Shown here: positions 35,761-48,591 of the stretch, piece by piece
Numbering within the stretch: position 1 is the stretch's first letter
How the letters are laid out: each line of letters begins with the position of its first letter
Assembly (NCBI GenBank): GCA_030390025.1
Contig: CM059431.1
Coordinates: 123,506,001 to 123,570,000, forward strand
Length of the DNA: 64,000 nucleotides
Reading direction: 5' to 3'
DNA from: Squalus acanthias
Lineage: Eukaryota
Made by a program: the position numbers and the translations under genes
Notes under the pieces: generated by a model
What the model was told of the DNA's origin: nothing
Database searches by the model: none
Seen by the model: only the letters and a program-made list of their open reading frames with translations

Positions 35761-36707
35761 CAAAAGTATTGAATGGCTCAGGTCTGTAGTCTGAATCTAC
35801 TCAGTTGCCTAATCACATCATTGATACTGCACTTACTGGTGTTAAGAGAACAGCTAAAAATTGCATTCTCAAACTTATATATCATTAAACAAACCACCTG
35901 GATTTTTTTTTACATTGAAAATAAGTTAGCTTTGGCTTAATAACATAACACACATTTCAATATTGGAACAGATTAATCATAAAAAGGGAATCATATTCTA
36001 TAAACTCTTTTAGACTCCAGGAAGAAGAATCTATGTTTATGCTAAAATATTGTAAATACTAAAAGAACAAATTAATCCGACCTTTGAACATTTGGAAGTG
36101 GCGAGGAGCGTACCTTAACTATAGATTATAATTGAATTTGCAAGCTGTTTACAACATACTTATTGGAAGCTGACAAGAATCAATTTTAATACAAGGTACT
36201 ATTCAAGCGATGTAAAATTTTCAATAATGTTTATGAATGAGTATGTGAAAGTATATAGGATGAATACTTCCTTTGTACGTTGAAGATATTGAACGTGTTA
36301 CAGAATTACCCTGAAGACAAAGTAAGAGGCAGGAAATTGTATCCTTGCATTCACTCACTGACTGTATCTAACCTGGCTCTCTAAAATGTTCAAATGTGAG
36401 CCCCAGTGTATAATGATTGACTAGATAAGCTGATTTTATTTCTATCAGAGTGTAAGAATCCTGAGAAATCTCCATTTCAGATTCCCACTAGCTAGCATGG
36501 ATGAAATGAAATAAGCATTATTAGTTGTAGGTTTAAGTTTGTATTATGTAACTGTTAGTCAATACATGGCGATTCTTGAATAATCATGCTTTTAAACTAG
36601 TGTAATATGCCTTGGGTAGACCCAGTTAGATTTTAAAATAGAAGAAAGAGGTGTTGGGCCTGCTTGACCAAATATTAAAAATGCAGACTTCAATAAGCCT
36701 TGTTAGC

Positions 36708-37493
36708 AAACATTCGCACCACACAAGTGCAAGGCAATGACTACCTCTAACAAGCGAGAGTCTAACCACCGCCCCTTGATATTGAATGGCATTACCATCA
36801 CTGAATCCCCAACCATCAAACATCCTGGGGGGTCAGCATTGACCAGAAACTTAACTGGACCAGCCACATAAATACTGTGGCAACAAGAGCAGGTCAGAGG
36901 CTGGGTAGTCTGTGGCGAGTGTCTCACCTCCAGACTCCCCAAGCCTTTCCACCATCTACAAGGCACAAATAAGGAGTGTGATGGAATACTCTCCACTTGC
37001 CTGGATGAGTGCAGCCCCAACAACACTCAAGAAGCTCGACACTATCCAAGACAAAACAGCCTGCTTGATTGGCAACCCATCCACCACCTTAAACATTCGC
37101 TCCCTCCACCACCGGCGTACCGTGGCTGCAGTGTGTACCATCTACAAGATGCACTGCAGCAACTCACCAAGGCTTCTTCGGCAGCACCTCCCAAACCCGC
37201 GACCTCTACCACCTAGAAGGACAAGGGCAGCAGGCACATGGGAACACCACCACCTCCAAGTTCCCCTCCAAGTCACACACCATCATGTCTTGGAAGTATA
37301 TTGCCGTTCCTTCATCGTCGCTGGGTCAAAATCCTGGAACTCCCTCCCCAACAGCACTGTGGGAGTACCTTCACCACACGGACTGAAGCGGTTCAAGAAG
37401 GCGGCTCACCACCACTTCCTCAAGGGCAATTACAGATGGGCAATAAATGCTGGCATTGACAGCGACGCCTAGATCCATGAACAAATAAAAAGA
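36708..37493 (+). mobile_element. LINE family A 3' fragment
   Basis: IYKAQIRSVMEYSPLAW...LHHRRTVAAVCTIYKMH; colinear with 3755-4055 plus 4785-5220. Confidence 0.9.
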
Positions 37494-37755
37494 AACCTTG
37501 AATCATTTGGAACCAGGGTCCCTCTGGAATCTTATAAGAGTAATATGATTCTGGAAGGATGCTGCCCTAAGTAAAAAAATATCAGCACCACTTATATTTA
37601 TATAGTACCTCTCACATAGCAGAATGCCTCAGGGTGCTTAACAATGGAGAAGAAGAGGACCAAGGAGAGGGAATGGAAGAAATTAATGGGAAGAGACCAA
37701 AGATATTGTACGAAAGACCGATATTTAGAGGTCCTTAGTAGATGGGAATCATATA

Positions 37756-38629
37756 TGTATAAATTGAAGTGTAGCCATTGACCAACTAATCTTACCCATG
37801 ATTCCCTGTGGGTATGGAAAAGTTAGACTGTTCGAATGTTGCCACAAGGACAGTCAAAAGCAGTTTTGACTAAACTCGGATAACAAACAGCCACAGGCTG
37901 CAAGTGAAGGTCAAATTGTTAAATAACATATTATAATGCTAAGTAGGAATTAGAGTTCACCTAACAAAACTAATTGCAAAGATATTTGAATGATAATTAG
38001 TATAAGGAACATAAAATGAGAGAGATCATGAGAGTTAAAGTATCCATCTGGTAGATTAAAGTGAGATAGTCTGGACACCATCAAGACTAGTGAAACAGCG
38101 CTGACATGGGCTGAGCCCTTGGTATAGAAAGACCTTGTACTGCTTGAAGCTAGGAATAAGGGAGATAAGGTAAATTCCAGTGAGGTGAAGAACGTATAAA
38201 CAACATAACGATGAACAGGGTAAAGTTGTAGGAAAAATACTGAGCCGGGAGGAGTCACGATGCTACCCTTAGTCTGAGTGACAATGATATTTTGACTATT
38301 AGAACCAATTAAACAAGGTGATTTTGTTAAAGATCATATATGGGCACTGGCCAAATGAAATTTTGATAAGAAATGGGTTAAAACCTCGATACTCAAAGAG
38401 CAACTTCACACAGACCTACTGCGAGAACAAAGAAACAGACTGAAGACGATGTCATCTGTGTCTGAGAGGTTCTAGAGACCAAGGGTTGCGAGCAACTCGT
38501 TGAACTATCGCCTATTGTTAAGTATATTATGCTGTAAGCTTAATAAATCTTGATCTATTGCTCAAACATACTGGCTGCTGCCTATTGTTGTCTTGTCCAA
38601 GAACTCTGAGAGATCATTAAGATTTTACA
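37756..38629 (+). mobile_element. Possible solo LTR
   Basis: TGTATAAAT...GATTTTACA inverted ends; flanks atata/atatg (4 of 5 match); AATAAA at about 38542, roughly 85 bp from the end. Confidence 0.45.
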
Positions 38630-38839
38630 ATATGGTCAAAGAGATACACCAAAAACACCCACAAGGGCATTACATCGGCAGAAAATGTTAATTTTTGAGC
38701 AGTTTAATTTAGGGTAAAGTTTAATTGAGAAGCTGCTGAGAAAAATAAACATAAAGGCAAAATTCAATATCTCAAATATGATCCTGGCCTGTTCTGGCTT
38801 CTAACTGGGATGATTCCTCCTAACACTTATGTGGATAAT

Positions 38840-39071
38840 ATAAACAGAAAATGCTGGAAATACTCAGCAGGTCAGGCAGCATCTGTGGAGAGAGAAACAG
38901 AGTTAACGTTTCAGGTCTGTGTCTTTTCGTCAGAACTGAAACGTTAGGTCACAGACCTGAAACAGATAGCTCTGTTTCTCTCTCCACAGATGCTGCCTGA
39001 CCTGCTGAGTATTTCCAGCATTTTCTGTTTATATTTCATATTTCCAGCATCTGCAGTATTTTGCCTTTTGT
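38840..39071. mobile_element. Palindromic PLE family 1 mini-element
   Basis: Inverted arms of about 85 bp of pLTR sequence plus a tail. 15-bp TSD acttatgtgg(a/g)taat at 38825-38839 and 39072-39086. Confidence 0.85.
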
Positions 39072-39714
39072 ACTTATGTGGGTAATCCTTTTCAGTTAGC
39101 GTAAGAACAGCATGGGTTCTTTGGTGCTTAAACAGTTTCATTCTCAGCTTTGCATGACATTGTTTGTACATGCTCTGACGTACATATACTACATAAACAC
39201 AGATATGTTTGATCTGTGCTTTATTTTTATACTTATTCAATAATAAGCTCTAAAATACTGGGAGATTGGTGCAAGAAATCGAAGTATATTAAAAATGCCA
39301 AAGAATATAAAAATCCTTATGGAGAATTGAAAATATGTTCAGATATTTATTTGAGAAACAAAAACATGACAAAAGGTATTATATATATATATATGAAATG
39401 GAGAATGCTGGTGAATGGTATCTGAAATGAGCATAGTAGATTAAATTTTTACAGAAATAATAGTGCAAACATCATAGTAAATTGTGGCTCATTAAAGCTA
39501 GTAGATCTTGATGACTTGCGAAAAGGAACTCAAACAGTTATGTTAATTTTAAGAACTGGGGATGTCATAGAAATTTGGTACAAAAAAGACACTGCACTGA
39601 ATCGCTGGCACTGTGGTGAAACCATTGTTACATATTCTGTAATCCACAAGACGGTCTCGGCTGCAAAAAATAAAGGTTTTGAATGTTCTGCAAATCCTTG
39701 TTTGAAAAGATAGT

Positions 39715-40440
39715 GGCCCAAAAATTAGTGCCTCTATGCGAGAGTACGCACTGTGTACTCTCGCGTATTCTGTCTCCAATTGCCGGTTTTCTGCATGCAC
39801 TGCGCATGCGCTGAAAACCGGCACTTGGTGATTTAAAAAGGGGGCGGTTCCTAAGTGAACCGCGTGCGCGCTACAGGCTGCGCGCACGCAGTGCACTTAG
39901 TGCTTTGAACGCGCAGGTAAGCATGGAAGATTTTGCACATAAAGAAAGGAGGCGTAAGGTAAGTAGTTAATTAAGTATTATTTAGAATTTTTTTCAACAG
40001 GTATATCTTTTTTAGAGACTTTAAAGAAAGGTAAGTTTATTTTTATAACTTTTAAAAAGATTTTAAATTTTTTCAAAAATTTAATTTTTTGTTTAAAGTG
40101 GTTAATTTATTTAACTATACTTATTTTATTAATGTGATGGTTTTTAAAAAAAATTAATTGAGGTTTGGCTGTTCTTTTGGGGGGTATAGATTCATAGCTT
40201 TGACAGCCCTTGCTGTGAAAACTATGAATGAAAGATGGTGTGCTGCCATTGGCTCTAACTGAATCACGTGATCCCACAGCTCGCACGAATTAACTGCGTC
40301 TGTGGGATACGGAAGCACTGCACAGCTGCTGTCTAGAACATCAAGTTCGTGCGAGCTGGGAATGAAAAAGCCGGCGCGCAGTGAGATATCGCGGGGAAGC
40401 CTTACCCCCGCACGAAGGCTCCCTCACTAATTTTTGGGCC
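39715..40440. mobile_element. Non-autonomous PIF/Harbinger-type element
   Basis: Perfect 16-bp TIR GGCCCAAAAATTAGTG; 3-bp TSD agt. Confidence 0.85.
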
Positions 40441-41169
40441 AGTATCATTGTGGAAATGTCAAGAGGAATTCACCAAGTCTCAAATAGCACGTCAAATTGT
40501 TATTAAAATAAAACAAGAACCGACAGTCTGGTGGGATTATACATTACTAAAAGATGCCAAAGCGTTAAAAGTCCCTCTGAGGAGCATGTGCATTGAAGCA
40601 AAATTCTGCAAGAAGTGAGATGTCGTGGTTAGCTTGATGAATGTCTACAAGAAACTTAAGTGTCCTAGTGATCTTCAGTAAATTTCTAGGAGAAATTAAA
40701 TTGTTTTATGTCTGTAAGAGAACAAGTTATTACAGTGAATCGCTGCAAGAAGCAGGGTCATTAGGGCAAATCCCTACATTAAATGAAAGCGTGAAGGAAA
40801 TCACTGCACAGAGCCTGAGCATGAGGAAATTACAAGAGGGAAAAAAGAAATGACACGAGGGATACAGCAGCAGAGTGGAAGAGGTAATTGGGAGGAGGCT
40901 CAACGTGTGGAAGATAAACACCGGCATAGACCACTTGGGCCGAATGGCCTGTTTCTGTACTGTGGATTCTATGTAGCATTGCAGTGAATCTGCACCCAGG
41001 AGCACTTTACGCTCTAGCCCTTTTCACGTTTCACGGCAAATTGTTCTGAAAAATAAGAACATCCAACAAATTCTATGTAATTTAATGTACCTCTTCTGTT
41101 CATACTCAAATAAGCAAAAGGAAGAGATAACAGAGGCATTAATATATATATCTATAAAAATTTAAATGT

Positions 41170-42610
41170 AAAAGGAATAGTGCCAGATGACTGGTGGACA
41201 GCTAATGCTATTCCTATATTCAAATAGGAGGAAAGAATAAATCTAGAGAAATAAAGACCAGTATGAAAGACCAGTTAGCTTAACATCAGTGGAAGGAAAG
41301 ATATTGGAATATTTACTCAAAGATGTAATAGAGAAACATCTCGCAATCAAAAATATAATAAAGTGTAGTCAGCACGGATTCCAAAAAGGTCATGTTTGAT
41401 CAACCTTATTGAATTCTTTGAAGAGGTAACAGAAAGAGTAATTCAGTGGATGCATACATGGACATTCAAAAGGCCTTGATAAGGTACCGCATGGTAAACT
41501 CATGACTAAAATCAGAGAATGTGGAGTCAGGGGACAAGTAGCAGAATGGACAGCAAACTGGCTACAAAACAGAAAAGAGAGAGTAGGGATTAAAGGTACT
41601 TATTAAAGGTAAAGACTGTGACAAAGTACAAGAAAAAATGAACAAACTTGCAGAATGGGTGCATAAATGGCAAATTCCTTTCAATATAGAAAAGTGTGAG
41701 GTGGTGAAATTTGGTAGGAAGAATAAGGAAGCTACCTACTCCTTGGAAAATAAGTGGGGAATTTTCTGAGGGGTCAGCAGGCGCATTCGGTGGCGGGTCG
41801 GGTGGGAAAGTGTTTTTTTTTGACAGTGGATCGGGACCCCGCAGAGAATCCGCCGCCATGTGCCTCTCCCAAATGTCGGGTCTGCCAATGCTGAGCAGAC
41901 ATGACACACAGCGGCGGGGGAGGCAATTGAAATAATTAATGGCTTGTTTACAGCCACTTAACAATGCTTTTTTCCTAGCTATTTGATTTTGACAGGTCGC
42001 CCACCGGTTTCCCGCTGTGCCTAGACCTCGTCTGTGAAGCTGAGGTGGGAGGTCACTTGCCATTGTTTCAGCTGATGAGTTGACAGCATCAAATGTCAAG
42101 CCAAAGCTCCCAGCTGATTCAGATATCCTGGGGAGGTCTCTTCCGCTCAATAGAAGGGAAGAGGACCTCCCTGCGTGCTGTTGCTCCCTCCATAAGCATA
42201 TGGAGGGAGACATGGGAGAGCCTGGGTGCAGCCCTGCACCTCTGTGCTTGTCAGTGTTTGCAGCACCTCAATGCTGTAGAACACTGACAGCACAACTGTC
42301 AAAATAAATTTGCGCATGGTCCCTTTAAGGAAACCGGCTGATGACGTGTCATCAAATGACTTCACCAGATCTGCTTCCTTCAATTGGCCGGGAGACGCGC
42401 TGGGCGGGCTTAACAAGCCCAATCAGGGAAAGTCATTGTAAACAGTGGGCTGGAGTCAGCAGTGGGGCCGGGACCCACCACCGACATCGCCCACCATGGA
42501 CCCGCCGAGGTTGGTAAAATCCAGCCCTAAGAGTTTAAATGGTGTAGAAGCACAAAGTGATCTAGGGGTACAGATTCACAAATCTTTAAAAGTAGCAACG
42601 CAGGTTAATT
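41170..42610 (+). mobile_element. Old CR1 RT fragment interrupted by a Harbinger-type element
   Basis: gtgccagatgactgg, agtcagcacggattcc and aaccttattgaattctttgaagaggtaac correspond to CR1 RT (VPDDW, SQHGF, NLIEFFEEV). Confidence 0.7.
41754..42527. mobile_element. Non-autonomous Harbinger-type element related to 54628-55388
   Basis: Right TIR GTAAAATCCAGCCC, degenerate left TIR, taa flanks. Shares internal blocks such as gtcagtgtttg..cagcacctcaatgctgt and gggcgggcttaacaag. Confidence 0.7.
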
Positions 42611-42632
42611 GATTATTCTTCACAAATACTGT

Positions 42633-44680
42633 GGCCTGGAATTTCCTCAATTTGATTCGTGCAGCGGTTGTGTTATATCTACCACCACTAGAGGGAGATA
42701 AACAGATGTTTCCTCAGTCTGCTCATTTGCACACCCATGAGTGCAAGCATTGGTCTGAAATCAGCATGAGATTGGTGTAAGTAACTGAACCAACAGGAAA
42801 CTTCTGTGCAGCTTTTAAATCCACTGTTCAGCTGTGCGATTCAGCAGCACACTGTGCGACAGGAAGGTCAGGCAAGGTACACTGCTTGTTTTTTCATTTC
42901 TCTCAAATTATTTCACTGCATGTCTTACCAATGTTTTTATTACACTTGGGTAGCATTATGAAAACTCAAGTGCCACCTGTGCCCAGTGGACAGCAGAGCA
43001 TGGCACCAAGCCAGAAGAGAACAATGCACAACTTCACTTGTTCAGATATCCAAGCCCTCCTGGGGGGTGGGAGGGGGGCATCGAAGGTAGGATGAACAGA
43101 TTCCTGGGGGTGGGTGACACCAAGTCACCAAGAATTATCACTTGTGCCACCAGGGAGGGAAGTGGCACTGGCACTGATTGTCAACTCCCTCATCCTCAGG
43201 AGTGCAGAATAGTGCTGCAGGAAGTTTCATATCCTCAGCAGGACAGGTAAGGCAACACACTGCACACCTCTCCCTTTTTCTTCCTTGTCATCCTGGGAGC
43301 CAGCACAATCTTCACCCTATAACTAATCCTTCCATAACTAATCCTTCACAATGCTCCCTATTGGCTTCCAACTTCCTATTGTCCACTATAACTGCACAGC
43401 TTCCCTGACACCAATAACTGTCATGCACAAGCTGAAAACCCCTTCCTCTACTTTAACTGCGAGAAGTCGCACAACACCAGGTTATAGTCCAACAGCTTTA
43501 TTTGAAATCACAAGCTTTCGGAGCGCTGCTCCTTCGTCAGGTCACCTGACGAAGGAGCAGCGCTCCAAAAGCTTGTGATTTCAAATAAAGCTGTTGGACT
43601 ATAACCTGGTGTTGTGCGACTTCTCACATTTGTCCACCCCAGTCCAACAACCGGTATCTCCAAATCATGGCTACTTTAACTGCCTCATACCCCCACATCT
43701 CTTATTACACCTTTCCCATGTTACACGACACACATTCCTCAACTACCAGCCTTAACCTTATTAACTCTTTGTATGTAAAATTTGGCACACAATGCTCTCC
43801 AAAGGCAGGCCACCGGAAGGAGATTCCCGACATTTAAACCCCTCACCTACTTTGATGACAAGGCCATGCAGCTGACGGGCAGTTACACAGCTCGTGGGAG
43901 ATGGCGAGGTTGGCGGTATTTTGCCAGTGCCAGGTTACTGACAGAGCATTTGCACTGGCGTCGCTCTGAGGCATCACACAGTCACGACCTTTCACCCCCT
44001 CCTCCGTCTCCTTAACCCTATGGGAAAATGCTCACGCATTCTCGCTTTCTACCCTCCTTACCTGCAGGTCCACCACTGTAATCGGTGCACAGGAGGAGGA
44101 AGATGATAGTGAAGAGGATGAGGAGGACCAAGCCACCCAGGAGTTGCAGCTGAATGATGTTGCTGTGGGGGTGGGGAGGGGGGGGGCGGTGGTTCAAAAA
44201 CATACCAGCGCTCCAGCCTGGTGAGAAACAGTCAGAAACAAGTGCAGGTTTCTGTCAGCAGAATGGGAAAATAACTGCTTATAAATCTGTTTCCTACCCA
44301 CAGAAATCTTTTTTTTAAAGATCTTCAGACTCTTCTCTCTGTCAGCAACTCCTCACTTCAGCTTTTAACAACAGATCCCGACAGCTGCTGTGCCTCGTCG
44401 AGCTGATGTTAACTTGCCCCTGTGGGCAGCAGCTGTGTAAATTCGGGAAACCCGCAGGTCCTTTGCCACGTGCTCCCAATTACATGTATTCAAATGAGGC
44501 CGGTGGCAACTTGGCAAGTAGATCGCTGCACAGCTCCAGGATCAGGAGGAGACTCGGGGAAGCCGTTTAAATTCGCAAGTTGGCCAGAAACACCTTCTAC
44601 CTGACCTTTCATGTCAAAAAAGCCAGTAGCATCATTCCAGTGCCGCTAAAGCATTGCAAACTACAAGGAAAATTAGGCCC
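42633..44680 (+). mobile_element. Decayed Harbinger-type element with Myb/SANT remnants
   Basis: Imperfect TIR GGCCTGGAATTTCCT / AGGAAAATTAGGCCC; tgt flanks. Peptides HNFTCSDIQALLGG and HNALQRQATG echo the Myb/SANT gene at 63034. Confidence 0.55.
43461..43670. mobile_element. Palindromic PLE family 2 mini-element with hammerhead motifs on both strands
   Basis: 82-bp arms at 43461-43542 and 43544-43625, 1-nt spacer, 45-bp tail. 13-bp TSD ctactttaactgc at 43448-43460 and 43671-43683. Confidence 0.92.
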
Positions 44681-44704
44681 TGTGTTCCTTTTTCTCTATT
44701 TCAG

Positions 44705-45086
44705 CAGTCGCTCAGTTGGTAGCATTCTCACTTCTGAGTTTGAAGGTTGTGGGTTCAAGTCCCACTCTAGAGGTTTGAGCACAAAGTCTAGGTTGACACT
44801 TCAGTGCAGTACTGAAGGGTTGCTGCCTTTTTGATGAGATGTTAAACTGTGGTCCTCTCCACCCTCTCATGTACGTAAAAGATATATATCCCTTAACCAA
44901 CATCACTAGAACAGATTATATGATCATTATCTCAAGGCTGTTTGTGGGACCTTGCTGTGTGCAAATTGGCTGTCACATTTCCTATATTACAACAGTGAAC
45001 ACACTTCAAAAAAAACCTTAATTGGCTGTAAAGCGCTTTGGGTACATCCTAAGGTTATGAATGGAGTTATATAATTGCAAGAAAGT

Positions 45087-45118
<32 letters not shown>
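44705..45118 (+). mobile_element. Deu-domain tRNA SINE with a (TTTC)n tail
   Basis: gctcagttggtagc...gggttcaagtcccac; Deu core; ctgtaaagcgctttggg tail. Confidence 0.8.
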
Positions 45119-45119
<1 letters not shown>

Positions 45120-45913
45120 AATTAATTGTGTAACAATATTGAAATACAAGCTGAACATCTTGCCTATCAGATTTACAGTAGTTAGGTTTTCATATACCTT
45201 TGTCCTGCTATTTTAAGAGAAAACAAAGAACTTTAATTATATATGGTTTTATATAAAAAGCAAGAGAGAGCATTACACTGTAGACGATGAATGAGAAAAT
45301 TAATCCAAGAATCAATGGAAAACTTTTCTTCATGAACTGTTTGTCAATGGCAGAGTGATCACTACAGGGATGAAATTGCTCTATGTGTTGGAATTAACAC
45401 ATTCTAAGTGCGCATTAAGGCATCGTAATTCGGTGCATTACCATTAATGGAGCTTTGATATATTTTTTGCTTCCACTCTCTTTTAATGCACATTAATGCA
45501 CAAACTCAGCAATAATGGTTTTTGACTCATCAAGAGAAGTTAAGCATCAATTAAATATAACCATGCAAATTTTCTCATGCTTGCCTTCCACCCTACATCA
45601 CGCTAATGACACATGCTACAAAGGTGGCATTAAGCAGCTGAGAATTGACAGAGTATGAGCATGGAGCAAAGCAGGAGACCTTATAAGGAGTGATGCACCT
45701 GTTTCAGTTCATGCTGCAGCATGAATACATTGGAAAGTCTTACTTTATTGGACCTGTTAATGAATGAGGAGGAAATTGAGCAGCAAAGAAAGGCAAGGCA
45801 GCTCCGAAGCATAGACAGAGGACCTACAGGATCCACGACTAGCACAGGCAGTGTACCTTTGGATGGTGACAGAGTCTTCTTGAGCCCATTGGTCTCATTT
45901 CTGTAAAGTGAAG

Positions 45914-46215
45914 AGGTGACACTTCACTGAAAAAACCATCGATGGATTGTGCTATCTCCTGGAATCAGATCTGCAACCCTGCCACTGTCCTGCCAGTAGC
46001 AATTAAAATGATGATGGCATTCAACTACTTTGCAAAGGGCTCTTTGGATATTTGGCAGGGATCAATTAGTCTGCAATTCATACCTAAAGTTACAGAGGCC
46101 CTGTTTTGACATGCTTGTGACTACATCAGTGCCAACATGTAGCAGTAGGAGAGGATAACAAGGTGCGTTGAAAAGTGTGGCATTCCCAAGGTGCATTCAT
46201 CCATCAACTGCACTA
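45914..46215 (+). pseudogene. Decayed Harbinger (HARBI1-like) transposase fragment
   Basis: Manual translation across stops and frameshifts gives HFTEKTIDGLCYLLESDLQP, TVLPVAIKMMMAFNYFAKGS, KVTEALF and GIPKVHSSINCT, resembling the recalled FP.VQGAIDCTH motif. Confidence 0.7.
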
Positions 46216-46954
46216 ATGATGTGATAGTTGTTAATGACTGCCATGCAAGCCATTCAACCTCTCTTGCCCAGAAAGTGAACAATTCAAAGTTTGCAGTCTC
46301 ATTCTTTCAGGTTGTGAATTGTTGTTGAAGATTTAAAAAAATGTTATACATTTCATTTTGTGTCTCTTTCTCTCTCTCGTAATCCAATCTTTCTTTCCCT
46401 CTCTTTATTTCTCTTTTTGTACCTGATTTCACATTGAATTCACCCACTCTAATTCACCCTCCTTGTCAGTCATTTCCTCTGCTTATTTCTCAATCCTATA
46501 ATCTCATTGGTTAAGGAGATACACTGTTTGTCCTGTTGTTCACCAAGGTCCCAGATGCCTTATTGCCATTGCCTTCCTGCAACTTTGTGGGCAATAAATT
46601 TGAAAGAATAAACGTGGACAAATAAGTCTAACTAACAGGGCACGTTGCGAGATGCCCCGCTCCAGTGAAATTTGGGCCATTGAGTTTATAAACATTAGAT
46701 CTTAACCACCGCTCCCATTTTCTCTCGGACAACAGACACTGGTAATGGAGGATGGCTGCACCAGAGCCACTGGGAGTGGAGAAGGTGTGGGGTGGGGATC
46801 CCCTATTGGCACATGGCTGGCAAGGTGGTCCACAGCCCTGGGGTTTACCTGCCATTCTTCTGCCACATCCCAGGGCTACGGCAACCCCCTCTGCTTTGCC
46901 AGATTTTCCACGCTTCCCTCCCCCTCTGCTATTCTGCTGTAACATTTAAACATC

Positions 46955-47255
46955 CTCTAGACCCATCTTTTGTTTCTTTACTTGTCACATTATCACCTAC
47001 TTTTGCCTTGCACCATCATCACTTTGGTCATTTCATCATTTCTTCCCTCTACATTATTACTGATTTTCCTTTTATTCTTTTCCTGCCCCACTTTTCTTGT
47101 GCTCCGAATTTGCTTAAATCTGTTCATCTGTAACACCTTCCATTGACCTAAAATGTTAACCCTACGTTTCTCTCTCCACAGATGCTGCCTGAGTGTTTCC
47201 AGTTTTTTCAGTTTTATTTCCGATTTCCAGCATCCGCATTATTTTGATTTTTTTT
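46955..47255 (+). mobile_element. PLE family 1-related 3' fragment
   Basis: tttctctctccacagatgctgcctga...gatttccagcatccgca matches the pLTR and tail of 38840-39071. Confidence 0.65.
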
Positions 47256-48591
47256 CTCATTACCATATTGCAGGCCCGACTCTCACCCAAACTAAGTAGG
47301 ACTGACATGAGGCCAGCAGGTGAGAGCGGGACGGGTGAGGCAGGAGACCGCCGTTTGGGTCCTGCAGGAAAGATCGTTGGCAGTCAGGTGAGTGGATCGG
47401 TGCGGCCAGACGTGATCGCGGTCGGGGGAAGGAGGGAAGCTAAGATCAGAAAAGGGCCAAGGTTTCCTTGAGGATCACAAGGAAACCTAAAACTTACCTT
47501 CTTGGCCTTGTTCTCGGCCTGCTGCTCGTTGGCACCTGGTATTCCTGAAGAGTCTGGCTTCGTGCACCAGCACCCACGACACAACGTAAAAATCGCACTG
47601 GGATCTGAAGTATGTCATCAGACATTGACTTTCGCATTATAAAGAGACCATCACTTGCCTGGGGTGTGGGCCTCACATCTCACATACTGGCCAAAATGAG
47701 GCTGTGAAAATGGTGCATTGTGCGAAGTGGACATGGATCTGGTAAGTAGTACACTGCTCTGATTTTAAACCCCTGCCATCCACATTATCATAGGGTGTGA
47801 GGGATTAACATCGAGCCTTACAAATGTCCAAATGGCTACCTTAACGAATCGTGGGAGATATGAGTTACCCATTCAGACCATAGCTCTGACACTGCTACAA
47901 CCCTCCCCCCAGCAAAGAGCATATAACTAAGCACATGTGAGGAGTAGGAAAATCATTGAGAAGACGTTGGCACGCTGAACCAATGGTTTCATTATTTGGA
48001 CTGCATTGCCAGTGTTCCACATTAGGAACTGGAGCCAGTGCTCAGAATGGTAAGGCTGTCCTGTTAACTGCAGAAAATAGCATTTGAAAGAGACATACCT
48101 GCATATGGAAGATGAGCAGCAAAAAGCCGTAGCACAGGAGGAGGCAGAGAAGGCGAAACAGCTTAAAGGGGAAACTTTACAGGCATTGTTTCTCTCAAGA
48201 TTAATGGTTTTCATATAAATAGCATTGTTGTGGATGGTTAAATGCAAATAATGAAGATGTAGTTTTCTAATGAACATGATGTGCCACTATGGTATGTATA
48301 CCAATGCATTACAGTATTTCTACTCTACTACTTACTTGAAGGAGTAAGTATGGAGGCCTCCTGAGAGGTCTGTTGTGGATCTACTTGCAATTTGGCCAAC
48401 TTCTTGCCTCACCGTGTAGCGGAATCAGATGGTCCTACCAGTGTTCTAGGAGTAGTCTGTCCTGTTCTGGATTTGGGCGTTTTCTTGCTTTCATATACTT
48501 CTTCTGTCACTTGTCCAGAGGTAGTTTCAGACAAGCAGTTAGTAATTATTTGAGAGTCACCCAATTATTCTTGTGCTTCTGGAAGCATGCT

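Noticed and set aside
36000..36330. Short AG...GT-bounded segments as host exons (similar ones near 39245-39375 and 55770-55860)
   Set aside because: No recognisable protein and no consistent frame; such signals arise by chance in AT-rich DNA.
41590..42213. 207-aa minus-strand ORF
   Set aside because: It crosses a MITE/CR1 boundary and has no motifs; a chance ORF.
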